DNA from: Hemiscyllium ocellatum
Lineage: Eukaryota
NCBI RefSeq assembly: GCF_020745735.1
Contig: NC_083405.1
Span: forward strand, 28,052,345-28,116,344
DNA: 64,000 bases
Direction: 5' to 3'
How positions within the stretch are numbered: position 1 is the first letter of the stretch; each line of letters starts with the position of its first letter. This document shows, piece after piece, positions 11,101 through 25,038 of the stretch. The position numbers were made by a program, and so were the translations under genes. The notes beneath the pieces are model-generated. The model did no database searches. It was not told the DNA's origin and was given only the letters and a program-made list of their open reading frames with translations.

Positions 11101-12713
11101 GTCATACGTCAACTTAAATCCTTTTATTTGAATTTGGGAGATAATTAAAGGAGCACCTTTTTCACGCAAAACCTAACTTTTTACCCAACAAAACCTAGGA
11201 AGTTTCTCAAGTAGAGTTTTGTTGACGTTGCAGAAGGTTGCTCCGCGATAATTCTGTGCAGGAAATCCACGATACGGTAAGTTGTGTCGTCTGTATCTCA
11301 TAGTGTAAAAGACCCCAATCCGGAGACTGCAGGCTCAACTACTTGAAACAGATGAATAGCTGTTTGTAACACATTAAAACCCAGAACGGGTATTTAAATC
11401 GACCTATGAAGAAGGAAGCACTTCACATTTTCCACCAGAACAGCCAAATAAGCAGAGAAGCCCCACAATGGTTAAGCTTCCACACGAATCTCCCTTTTCA
11501 GATCGTGCTATTGTACTGGACTTGCTCAACACCCACACGTTACACCATGCTAGTTATTCAAACTAGAAAAGGTTTATAATTACCTGACAAAGACAAAGCA
11601 GTGTCCCAGAAAGCATAGGTGATTTTACTGAGGGTAGCACGGGGTGAGGAGTGGACTTGACAGCGATCTAACGATTCTGATTTCTTTTCCAGTAGAATCG
11701 TAAATCGTGTCTGTAGGGACCTTCATGCAAAATCTGTGCTTACACGCTTTCTGCCAATTGAGTGATGCGTGGAACTTCTTGTGGAAGAGAAATGCAAAAT
11801 AGATTCCAATGTAATAGATGTTAATTGTAATGAGGGACCAATAATGAAAAAAAATCATAATGTATCTGTGGAATATAATTGAAATCCCTGGGTTGTGTCC
11901 CTACGAGATGTACCCTACTTTAGTGCGACACTTATTGCAAGTTTAGGGCCAAGCAGAAAGTGCGGAGGATTTAATATTAGTTCACCCACAATTTCTATAT
12001 GCCTGAAGTTATTCAAACGATATTCATGTGAGAGATTCATAATTACGAAGTCCCTCATCTAAATTCTTCAATTTAAATTTAATTATAAATCACGCCTTGT
12101 TCGTGGACATTCTGCCTTGAGCAAGGATCCTTCTTTTTGTCGCTTAGATTTTGTTTTTGCCCTTTCCACCTTTGCTTCCTGATACTTATTATAATTTTTG
12201 AACATCTCTGAAAGTTGTCCCACAAATATTCACTCCAATATGCTGCACCCAGTAGAGGCACGTTTCTTTTAAGCACTTCCTTTATTTGCAAGTATTGTTT
12301 AGCACCACAAATGATCACCTTTTTTTTAAGCGTCGCGTTCTGCAGTTGTGGAAAAGTTATGTGCGTTCAAAGTTTAAGTTGAACAGTTTAGAATAACGAA
12401 TAATAAACTGAGTTAAGTTGTAATCATTACAGCAAATTCAAAGTGTCAGGACACAAACGTAAGGCGAGTTATTTGGTCTCACAACGTCAGCAAATTTCAG
12501 AAAGGTTATAGACTCTTCAATTTCCCTCTGAACAAAATCCATGCAATGGCCTAACAAAGGCCATAGTTAAACTTTCAACGCACAGCGTAAAACATTAATG
12601 AATAATTGATGAACGGCCCGAAGTGAAGTTCGTCATTTTAGTGCTGAAATAATTTAACGTAAACATGTACACACGTAAATATATGCACATATGGATAAGC
12701 ATATGCATGTCTA

Positions 12714-12752
12714 TAGATGGAGAGATGGATAGATGGATAGATAGATAGATAG
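12714..12752. repeat. (GATA/GATG)n tetranucleotide microsatellite
   Basis: tagatggagagatggatagatggatagatagatagatag. Confidence 0.8.
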
Positions 12753-15700
12753 AAACTTAAACCGTGTTTCTTTGAACTATGCAAGAAACTTTGGAACAGA
12801 GACAAGATCAATTATTCAGAGGCTAAAGTTGGAAGAAATCTTTAAGTCACTGTTGTTGAGCAAGTGGAACATATCAAAGCAATAATTCGCTCTCACAGCT
12901 CAAAGCGGCTTGAGGCTGAAATGCCCAAAGTTGATTAGTCTTCCTCTTATAGCGACTAATGGTTAATTTTGATTTAGTTGTGGTGTTACAATACTAGTAC
13001 AAACTTTCAATGGGCAAAGTTCAACCTTGAAATGTTCCAGGACACAACTACAATGGAAGTCAGCATTATAAGAATAGAAGAATCCGAAAAGAAAGGGTTA
13101 TCGGGTTTGACGATAAGAAATAATTTCACTTGAGTCAAGTTTGGTGCCATAAATCACGAATTGGACCGGAGTTTATCCTGTGTGCAAATAGACAGAGCTA
13201 CAAATAAATCTTCCAGCTTACCTGAGAATTCAGCAAAATCCAAACCATCCTCAGAGGACAGATAAAGCCTGCTGCGAAATTGGTAATGTGCTTTACAAGG
13301 GGAGGCGGGAGGGGGAGTTTCAACGCACACTGAAGAGTCTACATGTTCCAGGCTATCCGGCTGTTTTGACTTTATTGCTCTCTGCTTACTCTGGACGGCT
13401 TCTCTTTCTGCAAAATCTTTTCAAATCAGACCATCAGGAGAAGGAAATTGCACTCCTTCCAACTGATTCAGCGTCCTGCAAATGCAAACTATTTGCCTTA
13501 CACGTTTCTGCAGATGTCGGGGGGTACTGGTTTTTCGGTGAGATGTATGCATTAAAGTGAGAGAGAGAGAAAAGGAGCCCGGCAAACAAGCTGGGCCAAG
13601 TCGAGGGGGAAGAAAACCCTTATGGAATCCGTTCACGTGACTTAAAAATAATTGTTAGCAGAATCTGGATCAAATCTGGTTATTACGCACATACAATAAA
13701 GTTTCTGTGGTTCATTGTTAGGCTAGTATGCTTGCAAACTGGCAGTACATTTATGCGGAGTTGATTTAGGAAACAGCTGCTCCAGTCTTGAGGAGAGCTA
13801 AGTCCCATTACGTTGCGAAGGTAAGGTTGAAGTCGAACAGAATGGTAGAACAAATGGGATTTGCACGTTATGCACTAATCATTGCTACACGATTCATTTT
13901 ACTCTTCATTTTTAAAGCATTATTTAGATATAATTACGTAACAAACGTAAAATTATGGATTAGAAAATAATATTTTTCTCACTGTTTAAGCACGGCTAAA
14001 TAGTATTTATTTACTCCTTTGTACCATTAAACTCTTTAGTTGGAAAAATTCGAGTCTGAGTCTGGGGATTAAAAAAGAACCAGGATCTGATGTAAGAATT
14101 AGGCCGACGCTGATCGTGCTCGGAGCATGAGAGAGCATTCCAATGGAGGAGTGATCTCAGGAAAACAATTGTTTTATTTTAATCTATATTACATAAACCT
14201 CACTCAGAAACTGTCTGAAATGCGAACCAGCCTAGCATCAGTAAAGTCCTGTTTATTTTCATTTTAAGAGTGGCCCTGTAATACACTCATTTTTGTATAC
14301 GGGTGCAATTGACAAACCCATCACAACAAAGCGTTAAGGTTAGGTAATTTATTGCACTCCGCAATAAAACGACTCTAGTTATCAAACGGCACTTTAAATT
14401 AAGCAGAAAATTTGAGCACTCTTCCTAATCTGGGACTTGACAAAGTCTAACAACACTATTTAATGCCGACAAAATGTTACTTTTACCGACGTATTGTTGA
14501 ATGTTCTGTTATGGAGTGTTGGAAAATTAGAGATGTGTTTGCCGTTTTACCCCACATTCCCAACCCCGGTCTATTCTTACTTGAGAACTTATTTATTTTA
14601 TTAAAGGTTTAATAATATTTTGGTGTGATTTGCATTTTGACGTGCTTTCTCGTATTTGTATAGAAGTTGTATTTGAACTGAATTTCAGATGTGTAAACCG
14701 CAACAAAAGAATTATTTATTTCTAAACAATGTTTTTGGTCTTTCGTTAAAATCAAATCAAATCGGAAAATCTGTGGGTTCAGACATTTACACAAAATAAA
14801 AAGATGGGACAAACGAAACGGGGAGAATGCTTCTTAGTTGCATTTTCGTTGTCAGTCTCCTAATAATAAAACAAAGACAACTGACATAATTTACGTTCAT
14901 CTCGAACCGAGGGGTGTCAGACCTCTTCAACATGTTTTGTTTATAGCTGTACATTCGCGTGCTAACTTCATATGTAAAAGTAAGTGGGATAATATTGGAT
15001 ACTAACATTATAAATGCAGACTTTGAGAAAGAGTGCATTGAGGTGTCATTGGTTCCTATGAAAATAAAGTGGGTGGTTGTACAAAGCATACCAGCCTTTA
15101 AATGTGGTTACAAGCACTTTTATTTTGGCAATCTGTATGACAACAAATTAACATACCCTATACAATTACAGTAAATGCTTAATGATTCTCTCCCCAGTTA
15201 ATTTTAGGTTTCAAATCCATACAGAGTTCAAAATGAAAGATAAAATCACAGGGAACGTTGTCTTTCCTTTCAAAATGATAATGGATACTCTGTTTAAAAT
15301 AAATCAAGCTTTATGTTTCTAGCTGAAGTGAATTCTTTGAGGTTGTTGTGAACCCCAAACAAAGGGATTACCCTCGCCTTTTGTTTCTTTAAATAACCAC
15401 CGACCTGACACTTTCCAATGACTCCATGACTACCTTTTGCAGCTGGGTGAGACATTTCAACGTGGAAGGAACCAGCTCTGCCGAGTGCACGGAACCTCTC
15501 ATCTTATAACAAAGTTGAAAAAAATAAATTACGTTTTCATATGGTGGTCACCGATTCCAATGAACTGCAGCACCAAACCACCTGTTACACTAAAATAGAT
15601 CGCCTCCACCTGAAATCAGACATCTGATTTCAGCACAGCAATCAAAGCAAAATGTTTTACCTTTTAAATTGGGACTCTTAGATCACCTCAGTGCCCAATT

Positions 15701-18332
15701 AGACTATCCTGGAACGAGTCTTGATTCTGGACAGAGACAGACTAGACCTAAAAGGAGCACATTTATTGTCGTTAACAAAAAAAAAGCACCGCGTATCTAT
15801 AGCCAAATGGTAACTCATAATGTATTTGTATTGCTCTTATTTTAGGAGGTGGATCCAATTACAGACGTGTTTTATTGGAATGCCAGCCCGGAAGCTGAAG
15901 ATATTGTATCAGCCGCTGTGTTATTGTAATTATCTTGTTTTGATTGATCATAGCCAATAGTAAGAATAATATAATGTACTTGACTGGAGTGATGAGACAT
16001 TTAATTAAGCGCTATGTACTTTTACTAATGATCTTTTATTGTAAATATTAGGAATGGTACTTAATTATGAGTGCAAACAATGCACATTCCTGGATCTAGT
16101 TTGGTCAGGTATCAACATCAAATGCACCCATTAAATAGCAGCAAGATCTTTAGGATGATCAAATGTATCCTTTCATCCGAATGGGTGCAGAGCTTATATC
16201 AGCAATAGAATGGAAATGAAGGAAATCAAGATTTTGACAATAAGGAGAATCATTAATTTGTACTAAAACACAAAAATAAAGACAAGTGTTTCTCTACACC
16301 ATTTGGTCTAATATATTTTGTTCAGTTCAGGGTTGCACATTATTTCCATATACCAGAAAAATAGTATATAACTAGAATAAGTGTTTCACTTTGCTCGAAA
16401 TTACATATGTTAGTGCATTTGTTGGAGCATCATAACTCTGCCACTTATTGTAAATCGCTCAAATTAATGAATCATAGAGGAATTTAGCTTATGCCTCTTC
16501 ATTTCCAAATGCTGGTGTCTACAGTTGCCTCTCAGCCCTGCGCATGTAAGAGATGGTGATTTATTAACGACAGGAAAATTGAACAAAGCAGCACAGCTAC
16601 ACCGTGGTATCCAGGCATACATACTGTGAACTAGAACATCATCATATGTGTTTGTATTTGTTGCAATTAATCATGAAAAAATCTAAAATATTACTGACAC
16701 GCGAGAGACTGACTAAACACCATCACAGACATGCCGTGATTTAAATCTGAATACTAAAGGGCGCTATTCATCACATTTATGACAGTATTAAGAAATAAAA
16801 ATACTGTAAAAACATAGATAGAATAAAACACGCATCATGAAGAAACTACTCACCACAACTCGTCTGATTTGCGCCTCTTCCTTTTCTCAGACAGGTCTTC
16901 CAAATATAGACTTATATTTAAGCAAAGTTCATTTTCACATCAGACTGAAACAGATCTAGTGCGAATACTGACGACTACATATCTATTCCGGACCGGCTGC
17001 ATTAATTATTTAATGAGTCACGTGACTGGGGAGATTAAAATTTCAATACATACACAGAGGAGACGCGTGACCCTTTATCTTGGAGAGTGGAGGTTTTTTT
17101 TTCTTTTTGCTTCCCTTCCTAGTTGAATCTTTTTGCTCTGGTTTTCTTTTAGACTTTGGATGCTTGCTGGTAAGTGATCATGCAAAAATGACTGGCCTGT
17201 GCTGATCCCTTGTTTGACAGGTCTGCCATTTGTGTCACCTATAGTTCGAACTGCCTCAGTCCAATATTCTTGGGCATTTCTTCAAGCTGTCTTTATTGTC
17301 TGCCTGACATTTTGATATTGAGCTCACTGTTACAGTACCCCGCATATATAACAGTCACATGTAAGGCCAACTCTTTCATATATGCCTTTACATCCCCCAG
17401 AGGCTGCTAAATTTGACACTAAATCGACCCTTACTAGCCACAGTCGATTCTTTATTATACCACTCAAATGTGTATTAGTTTTGTATCGTGTCTGGTATTT
17501 GCGACCCCATGATTAACATACTGCATAGACAACGAATATGATGTTGTACAGTTGATTAGAAATAGACCCAGTGAATGTCATGGTTGGTGACAATTTCGCT
17601 TATTGTCTTAGATGAGCTTTAAACTCAAATTGTCGTGTTTGACTTCGCCGAAAAATACATTTACATATGCGTGTACCATAGTTTTCTAATCAACAAAACA
17701 GAAATTATTGCATACTTGTTTATTAAAGCAATTACCAATAAATTTCCAAAATGCCGGCCACAAAGAACTACACGCACACATATTGTTCCTGAAAAGCAAT
17801 CTTATATTTGATGCAAAACATACTAGTTACTTCTCTGTTCAATAATCAGAAAAAAGAGCCTTCTTAATGGATGTATTATCTCACTGTAACAAGGAAAGGA
17901 TTTGAACCATTCTTTTAGATTATACCAACAATTAGCTACAAAACGTTATTAACCAAACGACCTAAAACAAACATTGTTTCTCACTAAGCACAAGAATTGT
18001 GTTTAAACAGACTTTTGCAGCTTACGAATAAATTATCACCAAATACTCTTTTACGCAGGCAATTGCCATAGAATAAAATGTACTTTATAAATTAGTTATA
18101 TATGTATAGATACACTATATTTAGAAAACCATTTCACTCATTATCAACATAAACGTAAATTCAAGTTTCCAGGATATGTTATTTGGATATTTTTGTCAGT
18201 TTTGTTTTAAACAAGGTACATTTTAACCCCTATCTGTAGGCGTAGGAAATGGTAGAAAGAGACCTTTTTTAAAGGTCAAGGGTTTGAGGGGTCAGTCTGC
18301 CCCGCTAAAAGCGGCTAATCGGTCAGAAAATC

Positions 18333-18349
18333 TGTCCTCTCGGTGAACT
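18333..18349 (-). promoter_or_regulatory. DR5 retinoic acid response element 3' of hoxa4 (Hox4 neural enhancer type)
   Basis: AGTTCA-ccgag-AGGACA on the minus strand, matching the Hox4 3' RARE pattern. Confidence 0.85.
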
Positions 18350-20966
18350 CACTCTGGTTGCCCAGCCGTTGACAAACAATGCAACTTTTTATTACAAAAG
18401 ACCGTTCGATTTACAATAAACCACAAACATCAAAGAGAAAGGAAGTAAAGATGCAAAAGGGTTTTCATTTGCTGAACACAGCTAAAGTTTTGCCATATAA
18501 AGGGTAAGTTTTAGTAAACTTGCCCTTTCCAAAACAGGCTTGAAGGTAATAATTACCCTTTACTTCAGATAACGTACGTATAATTTTCTGTGGTAATAAA
18601 AATGGTCCAGCAAGAGACTCCAGGACTGCTCCAAGTGGGGAAAAATGGTGTTCGTCGAGATGGCCACATTTTATTCAGGAGAATCCAATGTGTCCACACA
18701 CTTTTCCAAAAGAACGCCCTTCAGACTTGCTGTTGAAGTATACAAAGAAGTATTTATTGAATGAGGTGATTAATGATTCCGAGCAAAATCTGGTATTTTC
18801 AATCTGTTTAAAATTCCTTTTACAGATAAGCAAGCACGACTGCCTAATGGGGGTGAAGTTTCTCATCGTGCGATTCTTTGTCTTTCTATATACTTTTGCA
18901 GTCCTCTTAAACCGCAATACAAAACATATTTAAACCCGTCTATGTCTGATAATGTGAGCAGTTTTTGTTTGTCATTTGTAAAAGCGCAACAATTCTGGGT
19001 AGCAAAATATATTCTTTTTTCTAAAGGAGATGTGGAAACGGAGTCAATTTTCGTATACTCCCTATCGAAATTAACAAAACATTTTTGTGAAAAATTTTGG
19101 TTTGTTATAGTGTACTTCAGTTTTAAACAAGTTTTAGAAGAAAATGCAGCCAATATGTATATTTTCTCCGCCGCTAACGTAGTGTGTTCTTCTCAATTCT
19201 ATGTTTGTACTTATAATGCTAAAAATTTCCAAGAGAAAAAAGATAGGCATGAACGAATTTTTCTGCTGTGAGCATTAAATGTTGCTGGGACATACAGATG
19301 TATCAAAATCAATAATATGTTTTTGAAGAAGTCCATTGCTTCTTCCACGATAAAACCTCCAGTGTGCTGTTTCTTTTCCCTAGGAAATCTGATGCTTGTG
19401 CTGCCTTTTCGCAATCAATAAAATAGATCATAATAGAACTATCATCCTTCATAATGTTTGAAGTCACGAGTTACAATTTTATGTTCTGTGTAGTAACTCT
19501 TGCTTAATTGTTCAACGCCCTTCCCCTAAGATTAACAAAATGAAGTCAAAGTATATATTGGAATATTTAGTCTTGCAATTTATAGTTTATCAGCCATTAT
19601 TAAGCATAATAAGGCAAACAATGATTGCATTTTTATATTTAAAATGCAATTGCCACATTCCATTATGTAATGCATGAGAAAGCACAACAGAATGCAAAGT
19701 GAAATTAAAAATAATCCCACATAATAGCATTTTATTTCGGGATCAGAAATGTTGAGTCTATGGCCATAAAAAATGGGTTTACCACCTTATCGATAATTTA
19801 TTGTTTGATAGCTTCACATTTTACTGCATTATTTACGACTCGGTGACGTAGAACTTGATGTGGAGAGGCTGTAGAAAGATGAATTGTAGATCCATGTAGT
19901 AATTTATCCTCTTTCGCCCAGTTATTCTTCAGAACCACGCAAAATATTTTGCTGCGTGTGAATGTGAAGGGGGAGGGAGTGGGGGCAGCGGGAGAGGTTG
20001 TTGAGGGACCTGGGGGGAGGAGTTACGAGGTTTTATTTTGAAAATAAGAATGTGAGCAAAAATGTACTGAAAGTAAATCTGTTAAACGCATAGTCCCATT
20101 ATGGATTCGAGAAAATAATTCGCTCTGCGTTCGCTAAATCCTGACTGGAAGTAATTTGTACACATAAAAGCTGAGCTGGTCCACGAATTAACATTTTATT
20201 TAAAGCCTGTGGCTTGATTTTACACTGCAATTTTTGTCTTTCGTTTTAGCAACATTTGGCACTGCACATAGCACACTGAAATATCCACAGAAAAATACAC
20301 AAATCTTACCAATGATTTGTATGGTTTCGTCACAGTTTGGACTGTACCAAAATTGTTAAATATACAACCACTCATTTGAAATCTCTGTATAAGATCCTTG
20401 CACATTCGTGATATCAGTAACACGACTATATAGAGAATACAGGTTTAAAATAAAAACACCTTAAATAGCGCTGGCGACATAATTTATTTCCTATATATGT
20501 AGCATCTGGACAGTTTATTTGCTCTAAAACCATGTTCCACATCCACACATATTGCTGCCTTTCTCATTTTCTAAAACAGATTTATTCTTAAATTCTCACA
20601 AATATTCCAACAGACTACACTAGTTGTGATTATGACGCTTACAGTTCCTCACAATATCTATTATTCACTGTCCTTTTTTTTCTTTTTGCTTTGAATATCA
20701 TGGAAGAAGCCACTTTGACAGAACCTTATATCAGTTCATGTGGAGGTAATGAAGGATACCCAATGTATCCTATCAAACAGAAAACACTTTGAAAGTCTGC
20801 AGGGAATGGGTTAACAGAACAGTAATGCTTGCCCCTTTTGGGGTTAACAGCACCTACCCTGGAAAAATATCGCTGCAAGAAATCCCACCTCATTCAAGTC
20901 AGTAATGTGGCAAACACATTTAGGTCCAAACTATGTTGTGGGAGAGGGGTTGGAGAGACGAAGCAG

Positions 20967-21292
20967 CTATAGACTTGATGAATTTGGTGCTGAACCATCT
21001 GGCTGTGGGCCCTGGGAGGATACTTGTGTTTGCTGGCTTGTAGAAGATGATGAGCTAGCAGAACGCATCTTAGTGTTAGGCAGTTTATGATCTTTCTTCC
21101 ATTTCATCCTTCTGTTCTGAAACCAGATCTTCACCTGGCGTTCAGACAGGCAAAGAGTGTGTGCAATCTCAATGCGTCGACGCCTGGTTAGGTAACGGTT
21201 AAAATGGAACTCCTTCTCCAGCTCTAATACTTGTTGTCTCGTGTAAGCAGTTCGAGACCGTTTGGGCTCTCCTCCAGTGTAATTTGGGTTCA
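20967..21292 (-). CDS. hoxa4: Homeobox protein Hox-A4, exon 2
   Basis: Acceptor gttcag| at 21293. (V)[28 protein letters not shown]...[13 protein letters not shown] is a group-4 homeodomain; joined protein is 247 aa. Confidence 0.97.
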
Positions 21293-21499
21293 CTGAACAA
21301 AACAAAAGTATCCAAACATAAATACAGACACAGCCACGAATCTGATAATGTGATTAGATGCACGTGAATGAAGATTCTAAAAGACAATACTTTTTTTCTC
21401 TAAGTGTTCTGACAAAGGCGTACAATCTACTGCAATAAAATGGCTCTGGATATTTAGGTTAGAAAAGCATCAAAGACACATGGCCAGGAGCAAGATCCA

Positions 21500-21565
21500 G
21501 GGCAATGAAATTTATGGGCGCTGTAATTACCGACCTAACAGTTAGGTGATCGTAAATCTCATGAA
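21500..21565 (-). promoter_or_regulatory. HB-1-type homeodomain-binding element in the hoxa4 intron
   Basis: GTAATTACAGCGCCCATAAATTTCATTG on the minus strand (TAAT and TTTAT cluster), typical of Hox4 introns. Confidence 0.7.
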
Positions 21566-21643
21566 AGGACTAGTTACAGAAAGGGTTCCGCACATCCGAC
21601 TTCAATTGAATTTTAATTGTTTCAGTTAGCTTTACTTACTTAC

Positions 21644-22061
21644 CGGTTGTAACGTGAATTTTCTTCATCCACGGGTAAACTATGGGTTCTTTGCTGAGAG
21701 TACCTTTCTGGGCACTGGGATTTTTCGCATTCTGGCTACACAAAGCTGGTGTGGCTACTGGGACCACTTCACAAAGCTGATTCTGTCTCGGTATGTGATT
21801 TTGGAGGCTAGCCTGCGACTGCACATGACCCCTTTGCGACATGTCTTGGTTGCCAGTGCCTTGGACATTGTTGAAGCTGTAGGTCGGCTCTGGGTAGTTT
21901 GATTGTGGGTATAGTGCCTCATGATGGAATCCAGGGTCCCGCGGCCGCTCGTAGTATTCAGGAGATTGGCTTGGTATGTAGTTATTTTGAGAATATTCCT
22001 CACAAGGTGGAAATTTTGGCTCAACGTAGTTGGAGTTTATCAAAAACGAACTCATGGTCAT
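21644..22061 (-). CDS. hoxa4: Homeobox protein Hox-A4, exon 1
   Basis: MTMSSFLINSNYVEPKFPPCEEY N-terminus and VYPWMKKIHV hexapeptide; donor G|GTAAGT at 21644/21643. Confidence 0.97.
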
Positions 22062-22215
22062 TAATTTCTGAAGTGCAAAATACTAATTTTTCTCGCGTTG
22101 TCGTTTTTCTGTTCCATAAAACCCTCCTACTTGCTGTCAAGTGTATAAAGTTAGCTGTTCATGTGATGCAAGCAGCCAATGGGGTGATTGCCTGTGGGTC
22201 CCGGATAAGGAAATA
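22062..22215 (-). promoter_or_regulatory. hoxa4 5' UTR and proximal promoter
   Basis: Hox4-type AAATTAATG start context, TTTATGG and TGACAG motifs, CATGTG at 22160-22165, CCAAT at 22176-22180. Confidence 0.6.
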
Positions 22216-25021
22216 CACCAATGATGAATGCATGGAGTCCAGTCAAAAATTCCATATTATCATTCAAAATCTCGTTTCCCCTGAAATTATGCTTTTGCAT
22301 AAAAAGGGAAAATTTGGAACAATCAGGAAAACGTTCATTTTAAAATCGTCCAAAATGGATAATGATGTTATGATGTTTTATCGAATGCAAATTTTGCAAA
22401 TACATGTTTCACGCAAAAAACATCAAAAGATGGTGTTCAATAGAGATCCGCTACTGTTTGAAATAGTTTACTCTTTTAGAAGAATGCTTCTGTACAAAAC
22501 AAATTGCTTCAGAACATTCTCGAGGGGGGGAACGAAGACAGTTGGGACAATAATTACCAGAGTTCATTGCACACGCTTGTCCATTTTAGTGCAAGGATGC
22601 TGTCAAAGGCATTCTAATGTTCATCGCTTGCAAGAAGAATTTTCATATAATTGCGAAAATTCTTGGTTTGTTTCAATGAAACACAAGCATTTTAAAGTCC
22701 CAGATAAAAGCGAATACCTTTTGCAGGGGCTCATATGAACTCAAAATATGTACTGAAGAGTTAAATTACTAAGGCAGCATTAGAGGATTTTCTTCCTTTA
22801 CTGCAGATGTATATACTGCGTAAATGTTATATAATCAATTGAGATTTTTAGCCTAATAAATCTTGTTTAAAATATATTACCGTTTAATTGTTCGATTTTA
22901 ATATGGCTTATTTAATGAAATAGTCTCCTGTTAGTTTTTCAGGCGCTATAAAATTGATTTGCATAAAATAACGAATATTTTGATGTCTGAGATACCAAAT
23001 TTAGCAGATATCATTCGCATCATCTTTGAAAAATACAGCAATCACAATTACTCAGTAAAACGATTCATTTGAATACAAACTCTATTTTAAGACATCCAGT
23101 GACCTTTTCTTTCCATTGTACATTTGAAATTGCTAGCAAAACTTCCTTTCAAACCCCTGTATAAATAAATATTAAATGCATCAATTAGATTTCAAATGAT
23201 TCTGTTGCACCTTTACATTTAATCTGCTCCCAGTACTGTTTGTTATATCAAAAATTGCAACCCGTTTCCAAAGCACAAAAACTCCAACAAGATTGATAAA
23301 GCTTTCGAATGTTCATTTCATTTCTCAAGAAGCAAAACTAACCTGTCCTTAAAAACACAAACTACTTAGCTTGCTAGATTAGTTAAAGTGAATAAAGTTT
23401 TATAACGTTTTTAGTTTGGAATTAATATCCAACTCAAAGGTTGCACAGTATCAATTTGGCTAAATAGAAAAATGACGATTTAGGTGCACTGTACGTTATT
23501 TTCTTTCAAAAAAAAGTAGCCATATGCATTATGCCTTCTTCCCCGAAACGTAACCGATTCACGACATGAGTTCTTGTCAATCAGGGGTGCATCTTAACAC
23601 CCTCTTACAATATTTAGATGATATTCTATATCTGGACATAGAATCTAATATTTAATTAGAATGAACCGTCTCATGCCGTTATAATACATCGTTGTGGGAT
23701 ACATATTCTAACCAATCCAGTTTTGCTGCTTAGTATGACCGACCATTTGAATACTTTCAACCAAGTATCCAGGAACAAAATTAATTGATTCTCAGTGCAA
23801 TTAACAGATGTGCATTTCCACTACTCACTATACAAAGGGGCTTTGCAGGAAAATCTGCATGGGATTAATCTTAATGTTTTGTTTCATTCTACAAGAAAAT
23901 CTTGTGTAACTATTTACATTTACATTCTTCATACGATAAATTGTTACGAAAGTTTTATGTCTTGGACGGATTTTGCTGAAAGAAAACTTTATTTTCGCTA
24001 AAAGAAAGTCTCATAAAATTTTAACTTCTAAAATTTGCTGTTCTCTTCTGTCTGACAGGCAATGGTGTGTGCATCGTTTTCCTGTAACTTGGCTGCAAAT
24101 AGCGCTGTCGAATATTATCTGGACCAATGTATGTATTGAAACATGTTGCGAAAAAAAATGGAAAACAAAGGTTCCTTTCGCATAAGTAAAAGGCACTGCT
24201 TCAGAACAGCGAATGCAGTTCATTCGTCTCTGTAGTCTTTTTTTCATAATAAACAGCGATGAAGCCAGGACCCCCAAGTGTTACCTCGCCTGCGTGTACA
24301 TTTGACATTTTTACTACTATGGTAGATTTACAGCCATTTTAAAGCGAAAGGCAATGTTAACGCATTTTACGACATTTCCAAAACGTGTATATTTAAGAGC
24401 TTATATCATATTTATACTTTAGAAAATTTAGCGATTAGGAAATCGGTTTTACATAAAAAAAGATTAGCCAAGTTATGAAGCATGGAGTGAAGATGTGTTT
24501 GGCGGTTTAATAAATCAGAAATTAGACTTTACCAGTTTAAATTCTCCTCCGAACAGCAAGTCAGTAGTTTAGATGATAAGGAGTGTCATAATTTCTTCAT
24601 TTACCGACTGAATCCATCAGCACGGCTCAGGATTTATCAGATAGATTGTACCATGATGAAAATGTGATTGTTTTCCCATTCTATCTGGGGCATATGGTTA
24701 TAACAGCCGGTGTCCAACTCACAAACAAAATAAAACAAATAAAATGGCACATTTCGAAGATACATCTTCGAGCAAGCTTGCGCTACATCCCACAGAGCTG
24801 CACAACTGTGCGTTTATTGGACTTCAACACGGGAAACAAAACAAAAGATTTTATTCAATGAAATGAGATTTCGTAAGGGATACGCTAAGCTAAGTTTGGA
24901 AGTGACCGAAAAGTGACACCGTGTGCATTTTATTTCTTATTAATCTTATACATTGACAGTCTTTGTTAAGTAACAAGGCGTGCCATTCGTGAGGCGACAT
25001 TTTCATATTTGTTAGACGCGG

Positions 25022-25038
25022 TGACCTGAATTTCACCT
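25022..25038 (-). promoter_or_regulatory. DR5 retinoic acid response element about 3 kb 5' of hoxa4
   Basis: AGGTGA-aattc-AGGTCA on the minus strand, 2.96 kb upstream of the ATG, like the known Hox4 upstream RARE. Confidence 0.85.
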
